Part shown: positions 1 through 9,492 of the stretch, one piece after another
How the letters are laid out: every line of letters starts with the position of its first letter
How positions within the stretch are numbered: position 1 is the stretch's first letter
Sequence record: OL631483.1
Direction: 5' to 3' (one strand)
DNA length: 64,000 nucleotides
Origin: Escherichia phage ECML-363
Notes under the pieces: model-generated
What the model was told of the DNA's origin: nothing
Seen by the model: only the letters and a program-made list of their open reading frames with translations
The model's database searches: none
Program-made: the position numbers and the translations under genes

Positions 1-457
1 CGGCGAAGGTAACTTCATTATCGCTTCCCGTAACGTAGTTAACGTTCTGGCTTCAGTTGATACCGGCATTTCTTATGCTGCACAGGGTCTGGCTACTGGC
101 TTTAACACTGATACTACCAAGTCAGTATTTGCTGGTGTTCTGGGTGGTAAATACCGTGTATATATCGACCAGTATGCTAAACAGGATTATTTCACTGTAG
201 GTTATAAAGGTCCGAACGAAATGGATGCTGGTATTTACTACGCTCCATATGTAGCTCTGACTCCACTGCGTGGTTCTGATCCGAAGAACTTCCAACCAGT
301 AATGGGATTCAAAACTCGTTACGGTATCGGTATCAACCCATTTGCAGAATCCGCTGCTCAGGCTCCGGCTTCTCGCATCCAGAGCGGTATGCCTTCTATT
401 CTGAATAGCCTTGGTAAAAACGCTTACTTCCGCCGTGTATATGTTAAAGGTATCTAA
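1..457 (+). CDS. 23: Major capsid protein gp23, C-terminal fragment (gene continues upstream of window)
   Basis: Frame starting at nt 2 is open from window edge; translation ...GYKGPNEMDAGIYYAPYVALTPLRGSDPKNFQPVMGFKTRYGIGINPFAESAAQAPASRIQSGMPSILNSLGKNAYFRRVYVKGI matches the T4 gp23 C-terminus as I recall it. Confidence 0.95.
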   Translation, partial: GEGNFIIASRNVVNVLASVDTGISYAAQGLATGFNTDTTKSVFAGVLGGKYRVYIDQYAKQDYFTVGYKGPNEMDAGIYYAPYVALTPLRGSDPKNFQPVMGFKTRYGIGINPFAESAAQAPASRIQSGMPSILNSLGKNAYFRRVYVKGI

Positions 458-472
458 TCTTTGACGATTTAA

Positions 473-495
473 GGGACCTTCGGGTCCCTTTAGTT
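473..495 (+). terminator. Stem-loop terminator after gene 23 (GGGACC-TTCG-GGTCCC then T-run)
   Basis: Perfect 6-bp GC stem with UUCG tetraloop followed by TTTAGTTGTTTTT. Confidence 0.7.
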
Positions 496-505
496 GTTTT
501 TATGG

Positions 506-513
506 TATAAATA
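506..513 (+). promoter_or_regulatory. T4-type late promoter TATAAATA upstream of gene 24
   Basis: Exact TATAAATA 28 nt upstream of gene 24 ATG, followed by AAAGGAAA Shine-Dalgarno. Confidence 0.65.
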
Positions 514-540
514 AATCATATAAACCAAAAGGAAAGCGCA

Positions 541-1824
541 ATGGCTAAAATCAACGAACTTCTGCGCGAATCAACCACAACGAATAGCAACTCAATCGGT
601 CGCCCAAATCTCGTTGCTTTGACTCGCGCTACCACTAAATTAATATATTCTGACATTGTAGCAACGCAAAGAACTAATCAACCTGTTGCTGCTTTTTATG
701 GTATCAAATACCTTAACCCAGACAACGAATTTACATTTAAAACTGGTGCTACTTATGCTGGCGAAGCTGGATATGTAGACCGAGAACAAATCACAGAATT
801 AACAGAAGAGTCCAAATTAACTCTCAATAAAGGCGATTTATTCAAATATAATAACATCGTTTATAAAGTATTAGAAGATACACCATTTGCTGATATTGAA
901 GAAAGCGACTTAGAGTTAGCTCTTCAGATTGCAATCGTTCTTTTAAAGGTTCGTCTATTTTCTGATGCAGCATCAACAAGCAAATTTGAAAGCTCTGATA
1001 GCGAAATTGCAGATGCTAGATTCCAGATTAATAAATGGCAAACCGCCGTTAAATCTCGTAAACTTAAAACTGGTATCACAGTTGAATTAGCACAAGATTT
1101 AGAAGCAAATGGATTTGATGCTCCTAATTTCTTGGAAGATTTGCTTGCAACTGAAATGGCAGATGAAATCAATAAAGATATTCTGCAGTCTTTGATTACA
1201 GTATCAAAACGTTATAAAGTTACAGGAATTACTGATACTGGATTCATTGATTTGAGTTATGCATCTGCACCTGAAGCTGGTCGTTCATTATACCGAATGG
1301 TATGCGAAATGGTTTCGCATATCCAAAAAGAATCAACTTATACAGCAACGTTTTGTGTTGCTTCAGCTCGTGCCGCTGCGATTCTTGCTGCATCAGGTTG
1401 GTTAAAACATAAACCAGAAGATGATAAATATCTTTCACAAAATGCCTATGGGTTCTTAGCTAATGGTTTACCGCTTTATTGCGATACTAACAGCCCATTA
1501 GATTATGTAATCGTTGGCGTAGTAGAAAATATCGGTGAAAAAGAAATTGTTGGATCAATTTTCTATGCTCCGTATACAGAAGGTCTCGACTTAGATGACC
1601 CTGAACATGTAGGTGCATTTAAAGTTGTTGTTGATCCAGAAAGCTTGCAACCGTCTATCGGTTTATTAGTTAGATATGCTTTATCTGCAAATCCTTACAC
1701 CGTAGCAAAAGATGAAAAAGAAGCAAGAGTAATTGATGGTGGAGACATGGATAAAATGGCGGGTCGTTCAGATTTGTCTGTTTTATTAGGTGTTAAGCTA
1801 CCAAAAATTATCATTGATGAATAA
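541..1824 (+). CDS. 24: Head vertex protein gp24
   Basis: 427-aa ORF, MAKINELLRESTTTNSNSIGRPNLVALTRATTKLIYSDIVATQRTNQPVAAFYGIKY... recognisable as T4 gp24 (gp23 paralog); position directly after gene 23. Confidence 0.95.
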   Translation: MAKINELLRESTTTNSNSIGRPNLVALTRATTKLIYSDIVATQRTNQPVAAFYGIKYLNPDNEFTFKTGATYAGEAGYVDREQITELTEESKLTLNKGDLFKYNNIVYKVLEDTPFADIEESDLELALQIAIVLLKVRLFSDAASTSKFESSDSEIADARFQINKWQTAVKSRKLKTGITVELAQDLEANGFDAPNFLEDLLATEMADEINKDILQSLITVSKRYKVTGITDTGFIDLSYASAPEAGRSLYRMVCEMVSHIQKESTYTATFCVASARAAAILAASGWLKHKPEDDKYLSQNAYGFLANGLPLYCDTNSPLDYVIVGVVENIGEKEIVGSIFYAPYTEGLDLDDPEHVGAFKVVVDPESLQPSIGLLVRYALSANPYTVAKDEKEARVIDGGDMDKMAGRSDLSVLLGVKLPKIIIDE

Positions 1825-1827
1825 AAC

Positions 1828-1851
1828 AAAGGGACCTTTCGGTCCCTTTTT
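1828..1851. terminator. Bidirectional hairpin terminator between gene 24 (+) and rnlB (-)
   Basis: AAAGGGACC-TTTC-GGTCCCTTTTT, palindromic with flanking A-run and T-run. Confidence 0.7.
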
Positions 1852-1853
1852 AT

Positions 1854-2858
1854 TTAACTTACCAATTCAATCCAAGCCGGACGAAGTACATCTTGCACCA
1901 TTTTAACTAATTCCTTTTTAATCAAAGAAGGATTATCCGCTTGAGTTAGAGTAATACCTTCACGAGAAGTTTCTTCCAAAATATCTTGGACAGTTAGCCC
2001 CATCACCTTTCCAAAATCCTTTAGACCAATTTCGCCAATTTTAGAAATAACGTTATTTACTCGGTTCAGTGTAACGTAACAAGCTAAAATTCCCACCAAT
2101 TTGTTATCAGCTTCTGACAATTCAACTTTAGCTTTAATAGGCTTATCAGACTTTTTCTTTTCACTAAATTTAGAATTCTTGCATTTGATGGCTACACGAT
2201 TGCGATTAGGCAGCCAAGAAGGATAACAAGGTTTCAATACATATCCTTCAGCGGTAAATACTTCGCCTTTGGCTTCGACATTCCAAACGCATTTATTTGC
2301 ATCAACTAATCCAGCATGGTCTACTGTAAAATTATAATCTTGGACGACAGAATCTAAATCATTTGGCAATTTAATAAGCTCTTCAAATTTACCGCGACCT
2401 AAAAGTGGAGCCATTTTAAATTTAAATGTATTGCAGAATGATTCCATCATATAATCATCGACATAAGTCACGTCACCACTTTCTGTAGTGACAATAATGT
2501 CAAATACATAGAAATCTTTATCACCATAATCAACATTCTTCTGAATGCCAGGTCCAGCGAATTCGCCAAAAACTTGATAAGTCACAACAGCTGAAGTTTC
2601 CATAATATCTTGTACTGCTTTAATGGAATCAGCGTAATTCTTTAGAATAATTTCATACCCAAAGAAATCTTCAGCAGGAAGAATCGGTCCAGTACGTTTA
2701 GCGCAAGTTACTTTATCACGCTCAATAATCAATGAGAAATTTGTGCCGTGAATCTTTTCACGAGCTACCCATTCGCCGCCAGTCAATCCCAAGCTATAAA
2801 GTTTTTCAATAAATTTAGAGTTGTAATGATTTTCAAGACTGCTATACTTTTTAAACAT
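1854..2858 (-). CDS. rnlB: RNA ligase 2 (Rnl2)
   Basis: 334-aa [46 protein letters not shown]... with nucleotidyltransferase lysine motif KIHG; matches T4 Rnl2 as recalled. Confidence 0.95.
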   Translation of the reverse strand: MFKKYSSLENHYNSKFIEKLYSLGLTGGEWVAREKIHGTNFSLIIERDKVTCAKRTGPILPAEDFFGYEIILKNYADSIKAVQDIMETSAVVTYQVFGEFAGPGIQKNVDYGDKDFYVFDIIVTTESGDVTYVDDYMMESFCNTFKFKMAPLLGRGKFEELIKLPNDLDSVVQDYNFTVDHAGLVDANKCVWNVEAKGEVFTAEGYVLKPCYPSWLPNRNRVAIKCKNSKFSEKKKSDKPIKAKVELSEADNKLVGILACYVTLNRVNNVISKIGEIGLKDFGKVMGLTVQDILEETSREGITLTQADNPSLIKKELVKMVQDVLRPAWIELVS

Positions 2859-2867
2859 AATTAATCC

Positions 2868-3146
2868 TCAAAATGTAATTTCTAACCAATCACCATCACG
2901 CTGATCACTATTGACTTTAAAATTAAATCCTTCTTTTCTCAGCCAATCACCAATTTCTTCAGTAATCAATTTATCACGAGCAGTACAATAATAACTAAAA
3001 TATGTTTTACCTTGTTCAGCTGCTTTATTAGCAAGTTCTGAAAAATCTTTAATAAAACACTCTAGTTTAAACTGTTTACTTTTTAATGCTTTTTCACGTA
3101 ATTGATTAGCAAAATATTCATTTTCATAAAGATCATACTGTTCCAT
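2868..3146 (-). CDS. Hypothetical protein (T4 24.2 position)
   Basis: 92-aa ORF tightly packed after rnlB, same strand. Confidence 0.6.
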   Translation of the reverse strand: MEQYDLYENEYFANQLREKALKSKQFKLECFIKDFSELANKAAEQGKTYFSYYCTARDKLITEEIGDWLRKEGFNFKVNSDQRDGDWLEITF

Positions 3147-3348
3147 TTTTCACCTTTTTATTAATGTGTCTTTTTCTATAGACAACTTTTTCTCGAGTCT
3201 CAAATTTATTCTTTGCAGTCATAGCTCGAGCCCATAATACAGCCACTTCTTTCGCCTGTAAGTTTAATTCACGAGCAATTTCAATGAATGACTTTCCAGA
3301 CTCATGAAGTGTAAACACCACAACTTCAGTTCTCATAATCAATCTCAT
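3133..3348 (-). CDS. Small putative helix-turn-helix protein (T4 24.3 position)
   Basis: 71-aa ORF; segment SGKSFIEIARELNLQAKEVAVLWARA resembles an HTH. Confidence 0.55.
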   Translation of the reverse strand: MRLIMRTEVVVFTLHESGKSFIEIARELNLQAKEVAVLWARAMTAKNKFETREKVVYRKRHINKKVKNGTV

Positions 3349-3413
3349 GTTATCGAGTTGGTGCCATTATATACATCATTTTCTGATTGTGTTTTGTGTG
3401 CTTTCAAAATGAA

Positions 3414-3434
3414 GAAAGGGGCCGAAGCCCCTTT
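3414..3434 (-). terminator. Hairpin terminator downstream of hoc
   Basis: GGGGC-CGAA-GCCCC stem-loop flanked by A/T runs just 3' of hoc stop. Confidence 0.6.
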
Positions 3435-3437
3435 CGA

Positions 3438-4856
3438 TTATGGATAAGTATAGATGATACCAGTTTCTAAAGCAGTTTTATGGATGATGTATCCATTACG
3501 TGATTCTTGAACATCAACTTCTGGATAATCTTTCATCATCTTCTGAAGCGTATAACGATGCAAGTAGTACTTACTATCTGGATCTTCAGTTTTCCAATCT
3601 TTACCTTCTTCAGTCATTTTTTGGATTTCATCCATAACCCACCAACCGCACCAGATATAAGCTGAAGTACGATGTGGAAGAGGATGAACATAAGGCAATT
3701 CACCTTCCGGTTCTGGAGCAACTTTATCAGTTACCTGAACTTGACCCGTCGTTTTAACTGTTTTGCTATCATAATCAGTAGCAGTAACAGTTGCCGTAAC
3801 TTCAATAGTTTGACTTCCAATAGATGAGGTATCAACGGTATATACATTAGTTGACCCTTCTACAGGAGAAGAATCTTTCTTCCATGAATAAGTAATTTGC
3901 GCTTCTTCTGGAGCATCAGTGACATTAGCAGTAAATGTAGCCGAAGCATCTTGCTGAACGTTAATAGAAGGAGGAGTCAATGTAACCTGTGGATTCATTG
4001 TCTTTTTATTAACAGTCAGTGATACTTCATTCGAAGTAACTTCCTTTTCATTGTAATTTTCTGCTGTTACTTGGGCTACGCATTTAATTCTTTTTACCCC
4101 ACTTGTAGTTGGAGTATAGCTAAATGTAGAGTTAGTTTCTCCACCAACTTGAGAATCATCTACATACCATTTATATGTAGCAGACGCTCCATCAGGTTGA
4201 GAAGCTAAGGTAGCAGTAAATTGAACTGGGGTTCCAATTACTCCTGCTGGAGGACTATTAGGAGTTACTGCCAATGTAGTTGTCTGTGTCTTTTTATTAA
4301 CAGTCAGTGATACTTCATTCGAAGTAACGGTTTTTTCATCATAATTTGTCGCGGTTACTTGAGCTACACACTTGATTTTTTTAACTCCGCTGGCGGCAGG
4401 AGTGTAATTAAATGTAGCAGAAGTCGCTTCGTCTACAGGAGAATCGTCAACGTACCATTGATACGTAGCAGATGCACCTGATGGCTGCGAAGCTAAGGCA
4501 GCAGTAAATTTAACAGCTGTTCCGATTACTCCAGCAGCGGGACTATTGGGAGTTACTGCCAATGTAGTTGTCTGAGTTTTGTTTTTGACTGTGATAGTTG
4601 TAGTAGCTTCTGCTGTTTCAGCTTCAGATTCTGGAACTGTATTTGTTGCAACAACTTTAATAGTCTTTTGACCAGCAGGACCTTTTAATACATAATCAAA
4701 AGTTGCTTCAGACCCATCTTGTGGAGCATTATCTACACTCCAAGCATAAGTAATAGTTCCACCTCCAGTTTCACCACTGGGTGCAGCAGTAAACTGCTTG
4801 GTTTCATCAATAACCCCTGTCGGTGTTTTAGGAGTTATATCAACTGTAAAAGCCAT
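3438..4856 (-). CDS. hoc: Highly immunogenic outer capsid protein Hoc (Ig-like domains)
   Basis: 472-aa ORF MAFTVDITPKTPTGVIDETKQFTAAPSGETGGGTITYAWSVDN... with three repeated Ig-like modules and conserved C-terminal capsid-binding region ...YVHPLPHRTSAYIWCGWWVMDEIQKMTEEGKDW. Confidence 0.95.
   Translation of the reverse strand: MAFTVDITPKTPTGVIDETKQFTAAPSGETGGGTITYAWSVDNAPQDGSEATFDYVLKGPAGQKTIKVVATNTVPESEAETAEATTTITVKNKTQTTTLAVTPNSPAAGVIGTAVKFTAALASQPSGASATYQWYVDDSPVDEATSATFNYTPAASGVKKIKCVAQVTATNYDEKTVTSNEVSLTVNKKTQTTTLAVTPNSPPAGVIGTPVQFTATLASQPDGASATYKWYVDDSQVGGETNSTFSYTPTTSGVKRIKCVAQVTAENYNEKEVTSNEVSLTVNKKTMNPQVTLTPPSINVQQDASATFTANVTDAPEEAQITYSWKKDSSPVEGSTNVYTVDTSSIGSQTIEVTATVTATDYDSKTVKTTGQVQVTDKVAPEPEGELPYVHPLPHRTSAYIWCGWWVMDEIQKMTEEGKDWKTEDPDSKYYLHRYTLQKMMKDYPEVDVQESRNGYIIHKTALETGIIYTYP
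4000..4590. repeat. Tandem ~290-bp intragenic DNA repeats encoding Hoc Ig-like domains
   Basis: Near-identical stretches, e.g. ctttttattaacagtcagtgatacttcattcgaagtaac at ~4010 and ~4295; protein repeats TTTLAVTPNSP(A/P)AGVIGT. Confidence 0.8.
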
Positions 4857-4865
4857 AAGTTATCC

Positions 4866-5546
4866 TTATTTTAATGTTACGAAAGAAGAATTGCGTGTTT
4901 CACGAATTAAAACTGATCCGTCGCGATTAATGTAATAAATTAAGCTAAACAAAGTTTGGTGTGCTGACGCGTGTTCAAAACTAGTTGGATGAGATTTCCA
5001 ATCAGGAGTTTCAGCGATCCATTGATAAATCCACCAAGGAACCGTACAGAATCCTGGATTTTTCCCCAATAATTGAAGATTCGGGCTAAAGTTTTCCGGA
5101 AGAGTAAATACAGACGGCTTTTCAGATTCAATAATCTCAGCTATAGCTTGTTCAAACTTTTCTTCAACAAAAGGAGTGTCTTCAATCAAAACATCAGTAT
5201 TTTCAGGAATTTTATCCGTTTCTACCACTTCAATTTTAATATCAGATTTAACTGGAGAATCAATCAGAAGTGCTGCTTCTGGATTAACTTCTTCATCGTC
5301 ATATTTTAATCCCTCTGCAGCATCAGCAGCATCAATTAAGTCTTTAATAGATAACCCATCAGTCTCTGGCATAGGTTCACTAGCGAGCTTCTGGAGGGCT
5401 TCTTCAATATCAGCAACGATATTATCAAAAGATTTATTCTTTTTGACCTTTATACCAAACTGTTCAGCATATTCAGCTAATTTAGCTTTAGCTTCTTTAT
5501 TATCATCAAGAGCCTTCAGCTCTGCAATATAATCTTTATCTATCAT
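4866..5546 (-). CDS. inh: Inhibitor of prohead protease (Inh)
   Basis: 226-aa acidic ORF MIDKDYIAELKALDDNKEAKAKLAEYAEQFGIKVKK..., position between hoc and uvsW as in T4. Confidence 0.9.
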   Translation of the reverse strand: MIDKDYIAELKALDDNKEAKAKLAEYAEQFGIKVKKNKSFDNIVADIEEALQKLASEPMPETDGLSIKDLIDAADAAEGLKYDDEEVNPEAALLIDSPVKSDIKIEVVETDKIPENTDVLIEDTPFVEEKFEQAIAEIIESEKPSVFTLPENFSPNLQLLGKNPGFCTVPWWIYQWIAETPDWKSHPTSFEHASAHQTLFSLIYYINRDGSVLIRETRNSSFVTLK

Positions 5547-5559
5547 AATATTTCCTCAG

Positions 5560-5567
5560 TATAAATA
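5560..5567 (+). promoter_or_regulatory. Late promoter TATAAATA upstream of uvsW
   Basis: Exact TATAAATA ~30 nt upstream of uvsW ATG in the inh/uvsW divergent intergenic region. Confidence 0.55.
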
Positions 5568-5596
5568 TAGATATATTTATTACATGGTATTTAGAC

Positions 5597-7108
5597 ATGA
5601 CTGACATTAAAGTACATTTTTATGATTTTAGTCACGTGAGAATTGATTGTGAAGAAAGTACATTTCATGAACTCCGTGATTTCTTTAGCTTTGAAGCTGA
5701 TGGGTATCGTTTTAATCCGAAATACAAATATGGCCACTGGGATGGACGAATCCGTCTTTTAGATTATAATCGTCTTCTTCCATTCGGCTTAGTCGGGCAA
5801 ATTAAAAAGTTCTGTGATAACTTTGGCTATAAAGCCTGGATTGACCCACAAATTAACGAAAAAGAAGAATTATCAAGAAAAGATTTTGATGAATGGCTTT
5901 CTAAATTAGAAATCTATTCAGGAAATAAAAGAATTGAACCACACTGGTATCAAAAAGATGCAGTGTTCGAAGGATTAGTTAATCGTCGTAGAATTCTTAA
6001 TCTTCCAACATCCGCAGGTAAATCTTTAATTCAAGCTTTGCTTGCACGTTATTATTTGGAAAATTATGAAGGTAAAATTCTTATCATTGTTCCAACAACT
6101 GCTCTAACAACTCAGATGGCTGATGACTTCGTTGACTATCGTTTATTCAGTCATGCAATGATAAAGAAAATTGGTGGCGGAGCATCAAAAGATGATAAAT
6201 ATAAAAATGATGCACCAGTCATTGTTGGTACATGGCAAACTGTAGTAAAACAGCCAAAAGAATGGTTCTCACAGTTTGGAATGATGATGAATGATGAATG
6301 CCATCTTGCTACAGGAAAAAGTATTTCATCTATCATATCAGGTTTAAATAACTGCATGTTCAAATTTGGTCTATCTGGTTCATTACGTGATGGCAAAGCC
6401 AATATCATGCAGTATGTTGGAATGTTTGGTGAAATATTTAAGCCAGTAACGACTTCTAAATTAATGGAAGATGGACAAGTAACTGAGCTAAAAATTAATA
6501 GTATTTTTCTTCGCTATCCCGATGAATTCACTACCAAATTAAAGGGAAAAACTTACCAAGAAGAAATAAAAATTATTACTGGGCTTAGTAAAAGAAATAA
6601 ATGGATCGCTAAATTAGCTATTAAGCTTGCGCAAAAAGATGAAAACGCTTTTGTCATGTTTAAACATGTATCACATGGTAAAGCTATTTTCGATTTAATT
6701 AAAAATGAATACGATAAAGTTTATTACGTATCAGGGGAAGTTGATACCGAAACCCGCAATATAATGAAAACCTTAGCTGAAAATGGTAAAGGAATAATTA
6801 TAGTAGCTAGTTATGGTGTATTTTCTACTGGTATTTCAGTTAAAAATCTGCACCACGTTGTTTTAGCGCACGGTGTTAAATCAAAAATCATTGTATTACA
6901 AACAATCGGTCGTGTATTACGTAAGCATGGTTCGAAGACAATAGCAACAGTCTGGGACCTCATAGATGATTGTGGTGTTAAGCCAAAATCTGCTAATACG
7001 AAAAAGAAATATGTTCATTTGAACTATCTTTTAAAACACGGCATTGATCGTATTCAGCGCTACGCAGATGAAAAATTTAATTACGTAATGAAAACAGTTA
7101 ATTTATAA
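5597..7108 (+). CDS. uvsW: UvsW DNA/RNA helicase (SF2)
   Basis: 503-aa ORF with Walker A LPTSAGKS, DECH box (MMMNDECHLATGK) and helicase C motifs. Confidence 0.95.
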   Translation: MTDIKVHFYDFSHVRIDCEESTFHELRDFFSFEADGYRFNPKYKYGHWDGRIRLLDYNRLLPFGLVGQIKKFCDNFGYKAWIDPQINEKEELSRKDFDEWLSKLEIYSGNKRIEPHWYQKDAVFEGLVNRRRILNLPTSAGKSLIQALLARYYLENYEGKILIIVPTTALTTQMADDFVDYRLFSHAMIKKIGGGASKDDKYKNDAPVIVGTWQTVVKQPKEWFSQFGMMMNDECHLATGKSISSIISGLNNCMFKFGLSGSLRDGKANIMQYVGMFGEIFKPVTTSKLMEDGQVTELKINSIFLRYPDEFTTKLKGKTYQEEIKIITGLSKRNKWIAKLAIKLAQKDENAFVMFKHVSHGKAIFDLIKNEYDKVYYVSGEVDTETRNIMKTLAENGKGIIIVASYGVFSTGISVKNLHHVVLAHGVKSKIIVLQTIGRVLRKHGSKTIATVWDLIDDCGVKPKSANTKKKYVHLNYLLKHGIDRIQRYADEKFNYVMKTVNL

Positions 7109-7133
7109 GGGCTTCGGCCCTTTGGAGAAAAAG

Positions 7134-7364
7134 ATGTTACTAGAATTTAAACAATTTCTTTATGAAGCTTCTATTGATGAATTTATGGGTAAAATTGCCT
7201 CTTGCCAAACGATAGAAGGTTTAGAAGAACTTGAAGCTTATTATAAGAAAAGAGTTAAAGAAACTGAATTAAAAGATACTGATGACATCTCTGTGAGAGA
7301 TGCTTTGGCAGGAAAAAGAGCTGAATTAGAAGATTCAGACGATGAAGTAGAAGAAAGCTTTTAA
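7134..7364 (+). CDS. uvsW.1: UvsW.1 small protein
   Basis: Track ORF begins at TTG (7122); first ATG with GGAG SD is at 7134 giving 76 aa MLLEFKQFLYEASIDEF... Confidence 0.8.
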   Translation: MLLEFKQFLYEASIDEFMGKIASCQTIEGLEELEAYYKKRVKETELKDTDDISVRDALAGKRAELEDSDDEVEESF

Positions 7365-7419
7365 ATTAAAAAAGGCCCAACCAAAAAGGAAGGGCCAAAA
7401 CTATAGACTAAAGGTCACA

Positions 7420-7587
7420 CTATAGCAAAAGTTGTGTTTCATTTAATTGTTCTTCCGAACTTTCTGAAACTGGTAGTTCTTTAATGTAATTATAGCAAGG
7501 CCCAGGATGTACAGGACCTTTGTCTGTTTCAACAACCAATGCAGAATCGATTGGAGTTTTACAGACAACACAAATCTTATCTGACAT
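7420..7587 (-). CDS. Small Cys-rich (zinc-ribbon-like) protein (T4 uvsY.-2 position)
   Basis: Start corrected to MSDKICVVCK... (AAAGGAGACAATC-ATG); CVVC...GPC spacing suggests a zinc ribbon. Confidence 0.6.
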   Translation of the reverse strand: MSDKICVVCKTPIDSALVVETDKGPVHPGPCYNYIKELPVSESSEEQLNETQLLL

Positions 7588-7710
7588 GATTGTCTCCTTT
7601 TGAATATAGTAATATTTATAAACCCATTTTAATCCGCATTTCTTGTACACGGATTAAGCAAGCTTCCATCTCTGCTAATAGTCGAAATACTTCTTTATAA
7701 TCTGTCATAT

Positions 7711-7938
7711 TTACCCCATATCTCTCATATGCATATCAATGCCCATATCTTTAGAATAAAAATATTCATCAAGATATCCGGCAAATTTTCCTTTAATATA
7801 AAGGACATCTTCACCACACGGGTGGTCGGCCAGGATACGAATATCCTGACGCTTAAGATTATGCTTTTTCATTAAGAATTGAATCTCAGTTTCAAATTCT
7901 TCTTCATAATTAAAAGCATCATCAATGTTATATCTCAT
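7711..7938 (-). CDS. Hypothetical protein (T4 uvsY.-1 position)
   Basis: 75-aa ORF, stop/start overlapped with uvsY. Confidence 0.6.
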   Translation of the reverse strand: MRYNIDDAFNYEEEFETEIQFLMKKHNLKRQDIRILADHPCGEDVLYIKGKFAGYLDEYFYSKDMGIDMHMRDMG

Positions 7939-8351
7939 TATTTTCCAGCCTCAAATGCCCGCATGTCTTGAATATGCTTAATAGCAAATCCTCGTGATTT
8001 GATAGCATCAAGAGCTCCGCTACAGAAATCCAATAAAATTCCCCAATATTGTAATGAAGTATCAACCTTTAAAACATCCTTATCAGCTGATAGAACTGTT
8101 TTCATTTCTGATTTCTCGTAACGATCCATACTAAATTCATCACCATCTCCTCGTCCCGAGTAGTAGTCTAATTTAGCTTTAAGAGCAACTTTTTTCTGTG
8201 CTTCAATTCTAAGCATTTCCTTTTTAATACTTGAATGCTTATTAAGCCATTTACTATATAACATCACATTATTAGCTGCTTCATACTGTAATTTAGTCGA
8301 ATCTATAAACACATCTTTCTTCAATTCTTCTTGAAGATCTTCTAATCTCAT
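7938..8351 (-). CDS. uvsY: Recombination mediator UvsY
   Basis: 137-aa ORF MRLEDLQEELKKDVFIDSTKLQYEAANNVMLYSKWLNKHSSIKKEMLRIEAQKK... recognised as T4 UvsY. Confidence 0.95.
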   Translation of the reverse strand: MRLEDLQEELKKDVFIDSTKLQYEAANNVMLYSKWLNKHSSIKKEMLRIEAQKKVALKAKLDYYSGRGDGDEFSMDRYEKSEMKTVLSADKDVLKVDTSLQYWGILLDFCSGALDAIKSRGFAIKHIQDMRAFEAGK

Positions 8352-8391
8352 ATTGTTCTCTATTCAATTGTTATTGGATGGGCTTAGATTC

Positions 8392-8419
8392 ATTATACCA
8401 CGTTTATACGTGAAGCATT
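8392..8419 (-). promoter_or_regulatory. Probable MotA-dependent middle promoter for uvsY
   Basis: Minus-sense AATGCTTCA (MotA-box-like) ~13 bp upstream of TATAAT, ~40 nt before uvsY ATG. Confidence 0.45.
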
Positions 8420-8816
8420 ATACTCTATTACTGGAAGCCAGTTGTAGTTTTATCTGCTCAATATCATCAGGGTTATCGATGACTGAAAAGCGTATTTCTA
8501 CTATCAAAGTATAATCATCATAAACCGGTATTACATTAACTGCTAATTTATCAATACGTGGCTCATAGTTTCTTACTGCGCTTTCGATATTACGCTCAAC
8601 CGTGTCAGCAGTAAGAGGAGTCATATTCTCAAAAAGTTGGTCAGATAAATCGCATCCAAATTCAGGGTCAAACGGTCTTGAACCTTTTCTTGTTGTAATA
8701 ATTCCTAAAAGACTATTTTTAATTGACCTTAATCCAAGTGATCTTGAAACGTCTTTGTTCCAATCCATTTTCATCTCTGGGTCAATATCAGAATAAAGCT
8801 TATTAATATTTGCCAT
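8418..8816 (-). CDS. 25: Baseplate wedge protein gp25
   Basis: 132-aa [66 protein letters not shown]... Confidence 0.95.
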   Translation of the reverse strand: MANINKLYSDIDPEMKMDWNKDVSRSLGLRSIKNSLLGIITTRKGSRPFDPEFGCDLSDQLFENMTPLTADTVERNIESAVRNYEPRIDKLAVNVIPVYDDYTLIVEIRFSVIDNPDDIEQIKLQLASSNRV

Positions 8817-9442
8817 TACAATAGCTCAAAGAATTCTTTGAGTCCTCTTATTACATGAGCGTGGGTTTTTCCACACTCTGGACATTTAATTGGAACAGCC
8901 AAATAAACAGTAGGCTTTAAAAGCATATCTTTTATAGCTACAATATCTGACTCTGTGATGATAGAATATAAATCTTCCAATTCTTTTTCATTTAAGTCTT
9001 CAACTGGAATGCTTTCACCGTTAGCATGAATCGTTTCTATACATGATACTATCATGTGGGCTATATTTTTATCATCAAAAATTTTAGGGTAATGGAATTT
9101 AATTTTAATGTCACCCAGTGTATACCAGAGGTCTTCTGGTGCATCTATTTGTGTATGTAATAGATTTATATGGGTTGGTATTTCAGTTCCACAGGTGCAC
9201 TTCCAGGAGTTTTCGTGATTAACTTCTCCAAGAGAATGCGCCCATAAATGAATCAGTAATAGTTCTGATTCTTGGCGGTTTAAATCTTTTGCATTTGTGC
9301 AGTCTTTGATTAGCTTTTTAACAATTACTTCTACGGAACCATTATTTTTGGCAGTAATAAGTTCTAGATATTCTTTAAGAGTAAATGCACGACAGTTGAT
9401 TATTTTAGAACCAACTCTCACGTCAAATTTGTATTCATACAT
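8816..9442 (-). CDS. 26: Baseplate hub protein gp26
   Basis: 208-aa ORF, position and length as T4 gp26; overlaps gene 25 start. Confidence 0.85.
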   Translation of the reverse strand: MYEYKFDVRVGSKIINCRAFTLKEYLELITAKNNGSVEVIVKKLIKDCTNAKDLNRQESELLLIHLWAHSLGEVNHENSWKCTCGTEIPTHINLLHTQIDAPEDLWYTLGDIKIKFHYPKIFDDKNIAHMIVSCIETIHANGESIPVEDLNEKELEDLYSIITESDIVAIKDMLLKPTVYLAVPIKCPECGKTHAHVIRGLKEFFELL

Positions 9443-9463
9443 ATTTAGCTCCTTTATTTATCA

Positions 9464-9475
9464 TATTTATAAATA
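9464..9475. promoter_or_regulatory. Divergent overlapping late promoters for gene 26 (-) and gene 51 (+)
   Basis: TATTTATAAATA: TATAAATA on plus strand (9468-9475) and its reverse complement on minus (9464-9471). Confidence 0.6.
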
Positions 9476-9492
9476 GAATAAAAGGAGCATCT

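Noticed and set aside
924-1438. Antisense ORFs (82 aa and 64 aa) inside gene 24
   Set aside because: Fully embedded opposite a well-supported structural gene, with no SD or promoter; typical spurious reading frames.
4940-5532. Three overlapping ORFs (63, 78 and 118 aa) inside or opposite inh
   Set aside because: Low-complexity translations (Phe/Asn/Ser-rich) from the A/T-rich antisense frame of inh; no independent signals.
7108-7122. Hairpin GGGC-TTCG-GCCC between uvsW and uvsW.1 as a terminator
   Set aside because: No downstream U-run and only 13 nt before the uvsW.1 SD; more likely an RNA structural element than a terminator, so not listed.
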